From Piromyces finnis finn (taxonomy: Eukaryota > Fungi > Neocallimastigomycota), in NCBI GenBank assembly GCA_002104945.1, contig MCFH01000023.1, positions 124,001-188,000 of the forward strand: a DNA stretch of 64,000 nt. Direction: 5' to 3'. Shown here piece after piece: positions 1 to 11,537 of this stretch. The translations under genes were made by a program, and so were the position numbers. The notes under the pieces are model-generated. The model saw nothing but the letters and a program-made list of their open reading frames with translations, had not been told where the DNA came from and made no database searches. The stretch's first letter is position 1. Each line of letters starts with the position of its first letter.

Positions 1-229
1 GATTGTTCACGAGCATTATAATCCCACACTGAATTTACTGCTGATTTATATCCTGGTAAGGAATAGGGTTACATGAAGCTGCTTCACGGTTAATAGCAAA
101 AATATCTTCTGCACCATTTTTTCCAGTCCATTCATTACCTGTAAAAGAAACACCTATAGCGTTGACCAATACAGGAATTAAAGTTCCTATTGAAACTTTT
201 ACAAAATTAAAATTTTTGTAGATTTTCAT
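1..229 (-). CDS. GH2 beta-galactosidase-like protein, N-terminal fragment (runs off the window), with apparent 1-nt frameshift near 45
   Basis: Signal-peptide-like start, then GVSFTGNEWTGKNGAEDIFAINREAASCNPIPYQD, resembling the 'INRE..PY' N-terminus of LacZ-type GH2 enzymes. The ORF stops at 35-37, but adding one A to ATAAA continues it as (K)SAVNSVWDYNAREQ to the window edge. Confidence 0.65.
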
Positions 230-1380
230 TTATTTATTATTTTAATAAATATATTTTTATATTATATGATTTTATATTGTTCTATTTAATATATTAATAT
301 AAATTATAATTATCTTCTTTAAGTTTTATTATTATTATTATTATTATTATTTTTTATTAAATTGAAATATCTACAATGGTATATACTCTAGAATTTATTA
401 TCCATATTTTTAATTGATAATAATCTAAAAGATAAAAGATAAAAAATAAAAAATAGAGTTTTGAATTTTTTTTTTTAACATCGATTAAATTAAATCATAT
501 ATCCTTTATCGTCAACTAAATATTAATTTATAAATTTTTATTTCGAAGAGAAATTCTTAATAATAAAGATATTTAAATATTGTAATATTAACCCACCATT
601 TAATAAAATAATTTGTATTTAAAGATATTATTTAACAAAATAAAAATGATATAAAATATATATAAAAAATATAAAATAAATTTTCAGTAGATTTTTTATA
701 ATTTTAAATTTTATCCAAATTATAAAATCATATATTTATAGAATATTATTGGAATATCTTTGAACTGTGATTTATATGAATTGGGTATTTTTGAATTGTA
801 TACCATCTTTATAGTTTTTTTTTATTATATTATTAATTATAATTTTTTATGATTAAATATAGTTAAAATGGTTAAAATTAATTGAATAAATTTTCAGCGA
901 TTTATTTAATTTAAATAAAAAATAGTGGGATAAAAAAACTTTAATAAACTAAAAAAAAAAAAATATTATTAAATAGAATTAGGATCAATGAATAAAAGAT
1001 TTATAAATGCTAATTACTTTTAAAGTGAAAAATATATATATATTAAACAGAAAAAAAAAAAAAAAAAAAAAAAAAAAGATTATTATCAGAAAATTATTTT
1101 TAATATGATATTTTATATTTTATTTAATTCTTTTATTAATAGATAAGAACTAATGTGGAAAAAAAAATGAAATGAAATACAAAGTATTTGTTGACATTTA
1201 TATATTTTATTCATTGGTAACAATTTTTTAATATACTATTTTTATTTTAAATATAAAGAATATAATTATATTTATATAATTTTTTTTCTTAATCAAATAT
1301 GTTGTATCATTATTAATAAAAATATATTATAATTTTTTTTTATTTGTTAGTTATATTTTCTTTTTTTAATTCAATTTATT

Positions 1381-2200
1381 TTATAATATCATTTTTACGA
1401 ATTCATTATATTGTTTTATTAAGTTTTCGAGTTCTGTTAATGGGAAATTTATTATTGTAGAATTTGTAATTCCTACTTCTTTATATAACCTTTGTAAAGA
1501 AGAGTCTGGATTTGTTTCTAAATCAAATAAAAGGGTGGCTCTATGCTTTATAGCTTCAAACATTTCATTTAAATCATTTTGGAAATGATTTTTACTAACA
1601 TTTCTCCATGCATTTTCCCATTTAACACTTTGATATTTTTGTTTTGGAACTTCTCCAAATATACCATGAGATTCTCCCCAATAACTACCTTGATATTCTT
1701 GCCAAATATAGCCTAATCTTTGACCATTTTTATTATATTCAATTACTTCTGTATTATAAGAACGCCAATGAAATGGATGGGTTCTAGTTGCGAACACAAC
1801 ATTGTCAGCTGCATTCTTTTTAAAAATAGAATTTAATTTAGCAAGAACAATACCTTTATCAGGACTGTTCAAGGATCTGATTTTATTTTCTAATCTTTCC
1901 TTTATATTAAATAATGGTTTACCTAAATCTAAACCAGAAAAAGCATTTTTTTCTCCTGATGGTCCGTCTCCGTTTGGTAAAGTTTCAAGTGGTGCCCCAT
2001 TAAATATTAACTCAATATTTGTTGGAATTGTAAAATTTCCATACCAAGCTAATATTGAGTCAATATTAGTTCGATCTAACCATATGTTCTATTCTTTTTT
2101 TTAATAAACATGAACCCACTTTAATTGGAATTCTGTTGCTGGGTAGTATTAATGTAAAAATAAAGATATAAAAAATATTTTTGAAATTTTTTTTATTTAT
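1381..2200 (-). pseudogene. Disrupted gene for an unknown, probably secreted ~270-aa protein
   Basis: The frame of ORF 1381..1872 stays open upstream (NIWLDRTNIDSILAWYGNFTIPTNIELIFNGAPLETLPNGDGPSGEK...). It is then broken by TAG and TAA (HVY*KKE*NIW), a 1-nt shift near 2141, and a signal-peptide-like stretch beginning with ATA rather than ATG at 2200. Confidence 0.5.
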
Positions 2201-3696
2201 ATATATATTAATAAATAATATTTTTTAATAAATATGAAAATATTTTATAATACAATTAATTAATATTCAATCCTATCAAAATCACCTATTTTTTTTTTTT
2301 TTTTTTATTAAAAAATTGGACACTTGAAATTTTTGGTATTTATTAAAGAAAAAAAGATATCTTTTAGATCTTTTAGATATATGAATTGGACGTAATATTT
2401 TTTAATATATTTTGGTATTAGTATTTGATTAATAATAAAATTATATGTATAATAGCATATTTACTTCTAAATAAAGCGACCTTCATAAATATAATTTTTT
2501 ATTGGAAATTCTTTTTCTGGTTTTATTATCTGAAATATATTTAATGTATTTATTTAATTTAGTATTATCTGTGATTAAAATTGAATTCTTTTTATACAAC
2601 GAAAATATAGCCTGTACAAGGACATCATAAAAATTGAATCAAATTTTTTCTGACATATTACATATTCATACTTATAACTAGAAAATGTATTATAATTTAG
2701 AAATATTTAATATTATTATTAAATAGAGAAAAGAAGAATTGTAATTGTAGATATAATCAATAACAAAATATAGATATATATTCATATCATTATCTATTGA
2801 AAAAGAAAGTATATTAATATTCTTGTAATTCTAATTTTCATTCATTACTCTTGTTTATACTTTAACATTTCTTTTACACAATTTATTAATTCCTTCTAAC
2901 TAGGAATATTAATGTATTTATTACTATCAAAATATTGTTTATATAAATCTAATAATTCATAACCAAGAGAATTGTCCTTTACATTATTCGTTTAGTTTAT
3001 ATGTTATATTAAAATAAACATATTCTTTCTTTTCTTTGTACTTTTTTATAACTTTGACACATTTAAGAACTTTATTATCAAATAATCATTTTACTTAACA
3101 ATAATATTATTATTTTTAAAAGTATATAAAATAATAATATTATTATATATTTATTTTAATTATTAAATATTTAAAATCATATATATAATATATATAAAAG
3201 TATGTATTTACTTTTATATTATATTTTATTATGATAAATGTTTTAAATTGACATTTATAATATTATATATATTATATACAAATATAACAAATAACATCTA
3301 ATTTTTAAGTTGCAATCCTTTCATACTAAAATTTTTAAATAATATAAAAATTCAAGGATTTTATGTCTGGCTACTCTAATTTATAATGAAATTACAAATT
3401 TGGTAAAATTAATAAAACCTGTTTTTGATTTTAATATTAAAATAGCATCAGAAATATTAAAAGAAATAATGAAAGAACATGTATCTTATTACGGATTTTA
3501 CAAAAAGAAATATAGGTATGAAATTCAATGTACCTTTTCATGAATTGTTAATAATTAGTAATACCAATTGGTGGTACACAATAATTAAATGTATAAGGCA
3601 TACCATTTTTTTTTAGACTAGGAAGAAAATACACTTTTTTTATTTATTTATTTAATTTGAGATATTACACTATTATACTAAAGTATAATAATTGTA

Positions 3697-5035
3697 TTTG
3701 ACTTCCAATGGGACATCGAGCCAAAGATCAAAATTTTATTATGGAACAAAATTATGATCTCCATTAGTTGCGCTGGTCCTCCTGGCCTGTCTTACTGTTT
3801 CTTCAGCATTGACGCTCTTGGATGTTGCTTCAAACCTTTTGAACATTGACCATTGCTGGCCAATAGCAAAAGGCATGATTTTGGTTGGAAGTTCCGCTGT
3901 TACCGTCAAGAATGGTGTTCCTTCGTTAGTGCCAGATTGAATCTGACACTTGCAAAGTTCTTTCCATTCCCTTGAATTGTAATTGATATTATTAAAACTT
4001 CTTCCCCCAAGAAGGAATTTAAATATTTTACTGCACACACTAGAATAATCATACACATTAATATTCACCGGATGATTAAAACTATTACTATTATTAACTA
4101 AATTACTATCTAAGTTAGAATTATTATTTTCACTATTGCTATCATTACTAATATTATTATTTCTACTACTATTGTTATTATTACTATTGTTATTATTCCT
4201 AAATTCATTACATTTTTTGTGGATGCAATCGATGAGCTTATCGTTGAGTTTTGCTGAAAGTGTTTGGAATTTATTATGACTGAGAATAGATTCCTTTTCC
4301 TCAATACATTTTAAACTATTCCATTTCAGAATTTTCTTAGGAACATTAAAGTCATTAGAAAAATCCTCCATAGGAATAATTTTACCATTAATAAGGAGTG
4401 GCTTATGGTCTGATACAAGATAAAAATTATTTATAAATGATTCTGAGTGAATAAGATCTTTCATCTTCGAATTGATAAGAGCATGGTCAATGTCGGAAGA
4501 TTGATCACCTCGAGTCCAAGAGATAGTAAACCCTCTAAGCGGAAGAATTTCCCAATCTCCTAATCCATTAGTTGATAACCAGTTGGATAATTTTACTTTA
4601 GACATATTAAAATCTCCAACAAGAATCGACAGATGAATGAGTTTGTAACCACAAGCGAACTTCTAACTTTGCATGATCAACATAGATGTTGTGATGACTA
4701 TGAGGCATATAAACATTTCCAATCGAGCATTTGAATCTATTCCAAAGACTAAAAGTATAAATAGAAATAATACAATCTTTAATACAATCTTTCGATGAAC
4801 CATGAACCTTGACTAAGAAAAAGTGATCCTTGAAAGTTTGAAAATACTTAATACTAATAACTGAATTAAATTTATCTTCAAGAATAACTTCGAGTTTTTC
4901 CCATAGCATATTAACTGATCATGATCGAATACCACGGATAAAGAAGGAGCGAATATCATCTAAGGGGATACCATAAGACCGGGTACCACGTCTGATATAA
5001 TTCTTATCTTTAATATAAAGGACTGACATGATCAT
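3697..5035 (-). mobile_element. Internally deleted LINE (non-LTR retrotransposon) remnant with APE endonuclease and GC-richer 3' tail; no RT domain
   Basis: Across a frameshift near 4630 the translation gives APE motifs GNVYMPH, ILVGDFN, SDIDHALI and SDHKPLLI. An ORF1-like fragment lies upstream (5035-4800) and a GC-richer tail at 3697-3960. Confidence 0.8.
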
Positions 5036-5300
5036 TAATTCTAATTAAAAAATATTAAATATAATATAAATACTAATGAAAATTATAAATATAACGTATA
5101 TGGAAAAAAAAATCAGTCTCTCTTTTCTTAAAAGTACTGGATAATACAAAAATTGTTACGATGCTTTGATTAAAGTTTCTTTTTTTTGAATTCTAGTTGT
5201 AAATTCTAGTTTTAGTTTGTTTTTAGTAAATTCGATTAATTCGCTTTTGACACTAAAATTCATTAAATATTTAAATTGGTAAAAAAATTTGAATCAAGAA

Positions 5301-5747
5301 TGTCGACACCAGAAAGCTTGTGAATAGTATTTTTACATGACGTAGAGTGAATCAGTCTCTTACAAGAAACAATACAACAATAGTTACATGAATATAAAAA
5401 TACAATGAAAATACAGCAACAAAATGTATTACTCTTCTAATTAAATATTATACAAACTTAAAACCTGAATACCAAACATTCAACTTATCCATCAATACTT
5501 AAATTCGATGGATAAATGTTTTTTAATCGTTCAGTACCATGAACTTAGTCCTTATAGTTTCCTTTAAAGACTAACCAAGCATCCATTACGCAATACTTGA
5601 ATTTTTTTCTACTCTCTCAGTACCATGAGCATGAGTAGAACCCTTAAGAAACTTCATTTATTAAATAAATGAAGGCGCGTTCCCAAGAGGGATAGTCACT
5701 TCACATCATTATATAAACCTAGACACTTTAATTGATATAATATCACA
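5301..5747. mobile_element. Probable solo LTR
   Basis: ~450-bp island GC-richer than its flanks, bounded by TGT...ACA, with near-matching 5-bp flanks (aagaa/aataa). Internal inverted repeats: ttatccatc...gatggataa and cttcatttattaaataaatgaag. Confidence 0.4.
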
Positions 5748-6270
5748 AATAACTTGAAAAAACTTTACTATTTTTTGTTCTTTTTTTTTTTTTTTCAATA
5801 TTTTTATATTTTATTTTTTATATATTTTTTATTCTATTTTATTTTATTTTACTTTATGATGGATTATTTAATTATAAAATACTATTCGTATTATTTATAT
5901 TTTTATATTAATTATCAATTATATTAATATATATAAAATACTCTAATAGTTTATTCTTTTTTTCTTAAATAAATAATTTGTTTTAATAAATAATTAAATC
6001 AAATTATATAAAATTGGAAAAAATAATTATACCAATTTTATTTGTACGATTTTTTTTAAAATATTATAATCAATACTATTAATTTTCATTTAATATTGTT
6101 GATTATAATGAAGAATAGTAATATCATATTCTGTAAAGGAAATTAGTATTAAATATTATACTATTTTATTTATATTTTAGAAATTATCTATTAACTAAAT
6201 ATATAGGGATAGATTATATTATCAATTATATAAAAATATTATCAATAAAAAACATTTTTATTATAACATT

Positions 6271-8370
6271 CTACTTGCTTTCCTTATTTTCTTTTGCCAT
6301 TTCTTTAAACATTTCAGTTTTATATTCGTCTGATAATATAGCTGGGGTGATTTCATTTAAGCTGTCAGAATCTAATTCTTCTAAACGAACTTTATTCCAG
6401 TCTTCTTTTGGAACTACTTGCCACCATAATTTTTTTTCAAAACCAAAATCACGATCAAGCATATATGAATAGCATATAGGGTTTTTTAAGACTTGAATTG
6501 GAACTTCATTATCCAAGCTTCTGAGGTATTCATTAAATTTACCATTTTCATCAAAATTGTTTGTATTCTCTTTCCAATAGGAATAGTCTAAATTATAATC
6601 ATAACCTTTAGTATAAGATGATGGTATTGATGGTATTCTATCATAATATTTTTTTTCACTTCCAAAAATATATTCATGTTGTTTGATTCTATAAATAATC
6701 TGTTTCTTGTCACTTTCTTCATCTCCAGAGAATAAATCGTAATGTGAGTATGATTTAACTTTATTGTAAAATTGATCAATTGTTGGTAAGAAACTACTCA
6801 TATGCCAACCACCATTCCATAATACAGGTCTCTTTCGTTCCATTAATTTATTAAAATCAGATGTATCAAATCTAAGTAATTCTGCAATAAAACCCTTTCC
6901 TATCCATTTATCTGTATTAGTAATATTGTAAATATAACCCTTATATGGATTGAAATTTGGATCAAGTAATGGATCATAGTCTGATCGTTTATAATTTTTA
7001 TTTTCTGGTATTTGTCCCAAAGCGCGTCTAGCATCGAACATGATTATATTTGGATGTGTAGCTGTTGCCATATCCTCACTTTGTACAAGATTAAAAGAAT
7101 ATTCATAAAACCAAGATAAAAATCCCAAAGATCTTTCATTAACATAATCAACTTGATATTCACCAGTTGTACCGATTTCAACATGCATATTTTCGTTTAC
7201 TAAGTAAGATTCTGCATTTTCATATTTAAAAGATTTTGGTCTTCCACCAATTCCGGATTGTAAATGTTCCCATCCACCACATTTTTTTAAACGTGAAATT
7301 ACATGAGCTTTTGGCATTTCATCTAAATCACCATGAATAAAAAGATCACCATGACGAGCTTGAACCGATTCTAATCCCTTTTCTATAACAAGTCTTCTTG
7401 CTAAATGTTCCTTTGCAAATGCTATACTTTTCTCTGTTTTACCTTCAATTTTTAATGCTAATGGAAGTGGAATTAACTTATCTTTAAATTTATCGTATCT
7501 ATTAGTTTCCAATAATGTCTTTGTAAAGTATAATGGTTTTGGTTCATTTGAAAATGTACTATTTGATTCAAATATAACAAAATAATCAACAATATCATAA
7601 TATTCTGAAATATATAAATCTAATAAATCAAATTCTGAATTAAATAAAATAAAGCTAAATAATCTTCTTTTTCTTGGATCAGGAACTTCATCCATACGAC
7701 TTTTAACTACTTGACTATAATATTCTGTATCATCATTAATTTCTGCATTATTTATATCATATCCATAGTCATAAGGATGAAATTCTTCAGATAATAAATG
7801 TTTATAGTCTTGTCTACCATAATATGGATTAGTATTATTATTTTTTTTCCATTCTTCATATTTCTTCATTTGATCAGAAATATCGTTAAGAGAAAGTGAA
7901 AGAGGTACTTTTTTATTCTCATAATTATGAAATTGAAGACTAATATCTTTACATTTAGGATTCATTATATATTCCGAATGTTTTACTGGTCTTAAATTAG
8001 GACATGGTGGAGTATAGAGTGACCAATCCTCTATTGATTTATTTATATCATCATCTATACCTTTACTATACATTCCTTCCAAAATATTGATATTTAAATC
8101 AATTCCATATTTATCAATTCTAGGTTCACCTTTTATAAATGAGAATCCATGTTCTTCATCAACAATTATTTTATCATTGTTATAGAATGTTTTAACTGCG
8201 AAAAATGATATTATTAAACAAGAAATAATAATAATTATAATAATTATTATTTTTATTATCTTTTTTGATTTACTTTCTTTCTTTTTTGTAATAAAAGTAG
8301 TTTTTGAATCGGGATTATTTTCATCTATATCCTCTAGTAAAATATATTCTTCTGCAGATAAAGATTCCAT
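6271..8370 (-). CDS. Glycosyltransferase family 17 (GnT-III/MGAT3-like beta-1,4-GlcNAc transferase), type II membrane protein
   Basis: 699-aa intronless ORF with one N-terminal TM helix and GT17 motifs FNSEFDLLDLY..E.YDIVDYFVIFESNSTF, GDLFIHGDLDEMP (DxD-like) and GGWHMSSF...KVKSYSH. Confidence 0.88.
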   Translation of the reverse strand: MESLSAEEYILLEDIDENNPDSKTTFITKKKESKSKKIIKIIIIIIIIISCLIISFFAVKTFYNNDKIIVDEEHGFSFIKGEPRIDKYGIDLNINILEGMYSKGIDDDINKSIEDWSLYTPPCPNLRPVKHSEYIMNPKCKDISLQFHNYENKKVPLSLSLNDISDQMKKYEEWKKNNNTNPYYGRQDYKHLLSEEFHPYDYGYDINNAEINDDTEYYSQVVKSRMDEVPDPRKRRLFSFILFNSEFDLLDLYISEYYDIVDYFVIFESNSTFSNEPKPLYFTKTLLETNRYDKFKDKLIPLPLALKIEGKTEKSIAFAKEHLARRLVIEKGLESVQARHGDLFIHGDLDEMPKAHVISRLKKCGGWEHLQSGIGGRPKSFKYENAESYLVNENMHVEIGTTGEYQVDYVNERSLGFLSWFYEYSFNLVQSEDMATATHPNIIMFDARRALGQIPENKNYKRSDYDPLLDPNFNPYKGYIYNITNTDKWIGKGFIAELLRFDTSDFNKLMERKRPVLWNGGWHMSSFLPTIDQFYNKVKSYSHYDLFSGDEESDKKQIIYRIKQHEYIFGSEKKYYDRIPSIPSSYTKGYDYNLDYSYWKENTNNFDENGKFNEYLRSLDNEVPIQVLKNPICYSYMLDRDFGFEKKLWWQVVPKEDWNKVRLEELDSDSLNEITPAILSDEYKTEMFKEMAKENKESK

Positions 8371-8827
8371 TTTTTTTATTTTTTTTTTTAAATAATACTT
8401 TTAATTGAATTTTTTATTTAATAATTTTTATTTTTTCTATAGTTTAAATTCATTTATTGTTTTAATGATTATTATATAAATTATATATATAAAAATACTT
8501 TTCTTCTTTCTTTTTTTCGTTTTATTAATTGAATTTAAACAATTTTTTTTTTTATTTATTTTATTTTTTATTTTTTATTTTCTTTATATAGACGCTAATT
8601 ATTTTTTAATAATTCTTTTTCTTTATAATTTAATATATTGTATTAAATTTAATATATTATAAATTTATTTTATACTAACGAATTAATTATTACTATATAA
8701 TCCAATTTAATTTAATATATTATATTAAATGTAATGGACCAATAATATGGTAATGTTTATTTGGTTTCGATTTTAGATTTTTCTGTGTATTGATATTTTT
8801 AAAAAAAAAAGTATATATAAATGGTAT

Positions 8828-10813
8828 GGTTAGAAAATCTCAAATTTTATTATAAACTTTATTCATTAATAAAATATAATTGATATAATGTAATGTATTA
8901 ATAGTGAATGTATTCTAGTATAAGCCATAAATTTTAGTATAAATACAAACTTGTAATTGTTAATTAAATCTTTATAATGAAATATTAATAAAATTACCAT
9001 AATAAAGTAAATATAAAAAACCTAAATTTCTAACAGATTAAGAGTCTCAGAATTGGCTCACAAAAGAAACATTACAAAATATAAAACAAAATGCCGGAAT
9101 TCATATTAAGTGAAAAAAATAAATTACAAGGCAGTTCCAATTTTGATATATGGTACTGCACAATTGAAGGTTACTTAAAAGCCAAACAGCTTGGTGGTTA
9201 CATCAAGAGTAACTACAAAACATTCAATGAACCAAGCAAATTTGAACCAAATGATGCACTCGCAGGAATAATCATTTTTACAAATTGTACCGACTCTGTA
9301 AAAAGGTATATTATGAACTGTGAGTCCGCATATGAGAAGATGGAGAAACTCAAGAGCTTGTATAAATTGGATGACTCCCACAACCATGGAGAGTGGTTAA
9401 GAAGGTTAGGATCTCTCAAGACTACCAATCTTAAGGAAACCATGAATGTCATGAATGAGATTATGGAGTTATTTAAATTACTCGAAAACTCATGCATGAA
9501 TAAATCGAACATGGAAAAAATAACTATCATGTAAAACGCTCTACCAAATATCCTCAAGGATAAAATATTAATGAGTTCTCAATACACACCCGAAACATTA
9601 TACGAAATCATAAAAGATAGATATACTGTTATTTGCTATCAAATAGAATATAACAACCAAAATTTTAAACATAAACAAGATAATTAACAAAGAGATAATA
9701 ACTCTTTTAATACAAGAAACATGAGAAATGGAAACAATCATAATAACCCATCCATCAATGAATATAGAGACTTTCAAGTGAAAATACAGAAGAAATACGC
9801 CTAAGTAATGTTTTAAGGTCACATGATCAAAATGATGTTTACACAACATCAATATGGACCTATGATACAGGAGTAAGTGAACATATCACAAATAATAAAG
9901 AAATATTGGAAAATTTTATTAATGAAAAAATTACTATGAATTTTACAAATAAATCTTAATGTACTTTTGAAGGATACGGTACATTCCATGGGTTTCTTAA
10001 TGGGACTGAAATAGTTTTAGATAAGGTTCTATATTCAAAGGACGTCAATAAAAACCTGATAAGTGGGATGAAGTTAACAAAATCTGGCATTAGCACTCAA
10101 ATAAAAAATCATAACAATAAAGTATTTTTAACTTTATTTGACAGCCAAAATAATGAGATAAGTAACCACGAACCAGATATTAATAATATCGTCATGATTA
10201 AATTTATAAATGCTATTCAACATTCAACAATCAAATCACATTAAAATAATTAATCAAGATCCGCATAAATAATTATTCCCAAAGTGATTCAAACAAACAG
10301 ATTGTGTTCGAGGCGAAGTGTAATGGCTACTACCTGAAATGTAAGATATCAAAACTTAAATCTAATTCTCATAACAATTTAACCACAAATCCTGCGTATG
10401 TTTTGAAATCAGTTTATTCGGATACACATACATCATCAAAGTAATAATCAAGAATTTCACAGGTAAAAACCTCTGTGAAACAATATATTATATAAAGCAT
10501 TATTCTACTTATATATTCATAATAATTTGACAAAATTCTAAAATTTAAAACAAAATCAAAAAAAAAATTATTTTATTTATTTTATTTCATTTTATTTATT
10601 TTAAAACAAAACTTCCAAACTTTGAATTTCAAAATGAAATCAAGTTTGAGGAAAATATTAGAAAATTTCAAATTTTATTATAAGCTTTATTCATTAGTAA
10701 AATACAATTGACATTATGTAATGTATTAATAGTGTATATATTCTAGCATAAGCCATAAATTATGAAATATTAATAAAGTTACCATAATAAAATAAATATA
10801 AAAAACCTAAACA
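8828..10813 (+). mobile_element. Ty1/copia LTR retrotransposon, internally deleted (gag, protease, start of integrase; no RT/RNaseH)
   Basis: Similar LTRs at 8828-9035 and 10656-10813 with near-TSD ggtat/gttat and purine tract gaggaaaa before the 3' LTR. Gag ORF 9091-9534 (KLQGSSNFDIW...SAYEKMEKLKSLY), protease WTYDTGVSEH (~9855) with VLYS..NKNLISG, and integrase entry C..CKISK...LKSVYSD (~10320-10425). Stops and frameshifts present. Confidence 0.88.
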
Positions 10814-10986
10814 GTTATTATATATATACTTTTTTATTGTAATAAATGATCATAATATATTTACTTAATATTATCCAATTGAAATAAATATATGAAAATA
10901 GAATATAAATTTTTTATAATTAAATCAATATGTGTAATACAATGACATAAGCCACAATATATTTTACATATTGTAATATATTAATT

Positions 10987-11537
10987 GTCGTTCCAGTTTT
11001 TATCCTGGTTGTTAAGGCGTTTCCTTAGCATACATAAGGCTTCTGGTTCGACCCCGCAGATGTCAGTGCCTGTGGATTTTCCCACTGGGTTTGCCATGGG
11101 TTGGGTTATGATATTCAGGTAAGTATAAATGAACTTTCTAATTTACTACTATGATAATAACACTCGTCTAGCCGGCCTGAGAGGGTCTAGTGTACATGGT
11201 ACATTCCAAATTAGAACTTAATAAATGGTGACTTAGGCTATGCCAAAAACACATAATATTCCTTAATCAATTTAAGTGTAAACATTAGGGGGCGGTTGAC
11301 ACGTGATCAAATTGACTATAAGAGGCTTAGCATTGTAGTTGTGAAATATCGTACAACGACATGCATCTAATGTACATGGATTAAGTGAGCGTCGAAGCTG
11401 AAGAAACAGTATGACAGACCAGGAGGGTCACAACCACCTAGCAATAGGAATGAGCCAACGTTTCTCTAAGAACCACCATTGGAGCTAACTCTGATCGATG
11501 GGAGAAATGCACTCGGAAGTTAAAAAAAAAAAAAAAA
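10987..11537 (+). mobile_element. tRNA-Ala-derived SINE with poly(A) tail and 12-bp target-site duplication
   Basis: A-box-like TATCCTGGTTG (11001), tRNA-Ala(AGC) anticodon loop TTAGCAT, B box GGTTCGACCCC (11045-11055), GC-rich body, A-run 11522-11539, and identical AATATATTAATT at 10975-10986 and 11538-11549. Confidence 0.8.

Noticed and set aside
1802-2104. Antisense/overlapping ORFs (also 6275, 9175, 9213, 21961, 30558, 39236, 53030, 57454, 61078, 61571)
   Set aside because: Shadows of real genes or elements in other frames, with no independent motifs.
3370-3543. Short open stretch on the + strand (TLIYNEITNLVKLIKPVFDF...)
   Set aside because: No start context, splice support or recognisable motif.
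10990-11065. Functional tRNA-Ala gene
   Set aside because: The anticodon stem (tttcc/acata) and acceptor stem do not pair; it is better explained as a SINE head.
11169-11186. TAGCCGGCCTGAGAGGGT resembles a bacterial 16S rRNA helix
   Set aside because: Only 18 nt, with no rRNA similarity in the flanks; treated as coincidence.
11387-11470. Hammerhead ribozyme (GTC...CTGAAGA)
   Set aside because: No stem II followed by GAAA and no stem III partner in either copy; HDV-like and twister patterns also did not fit by eye.
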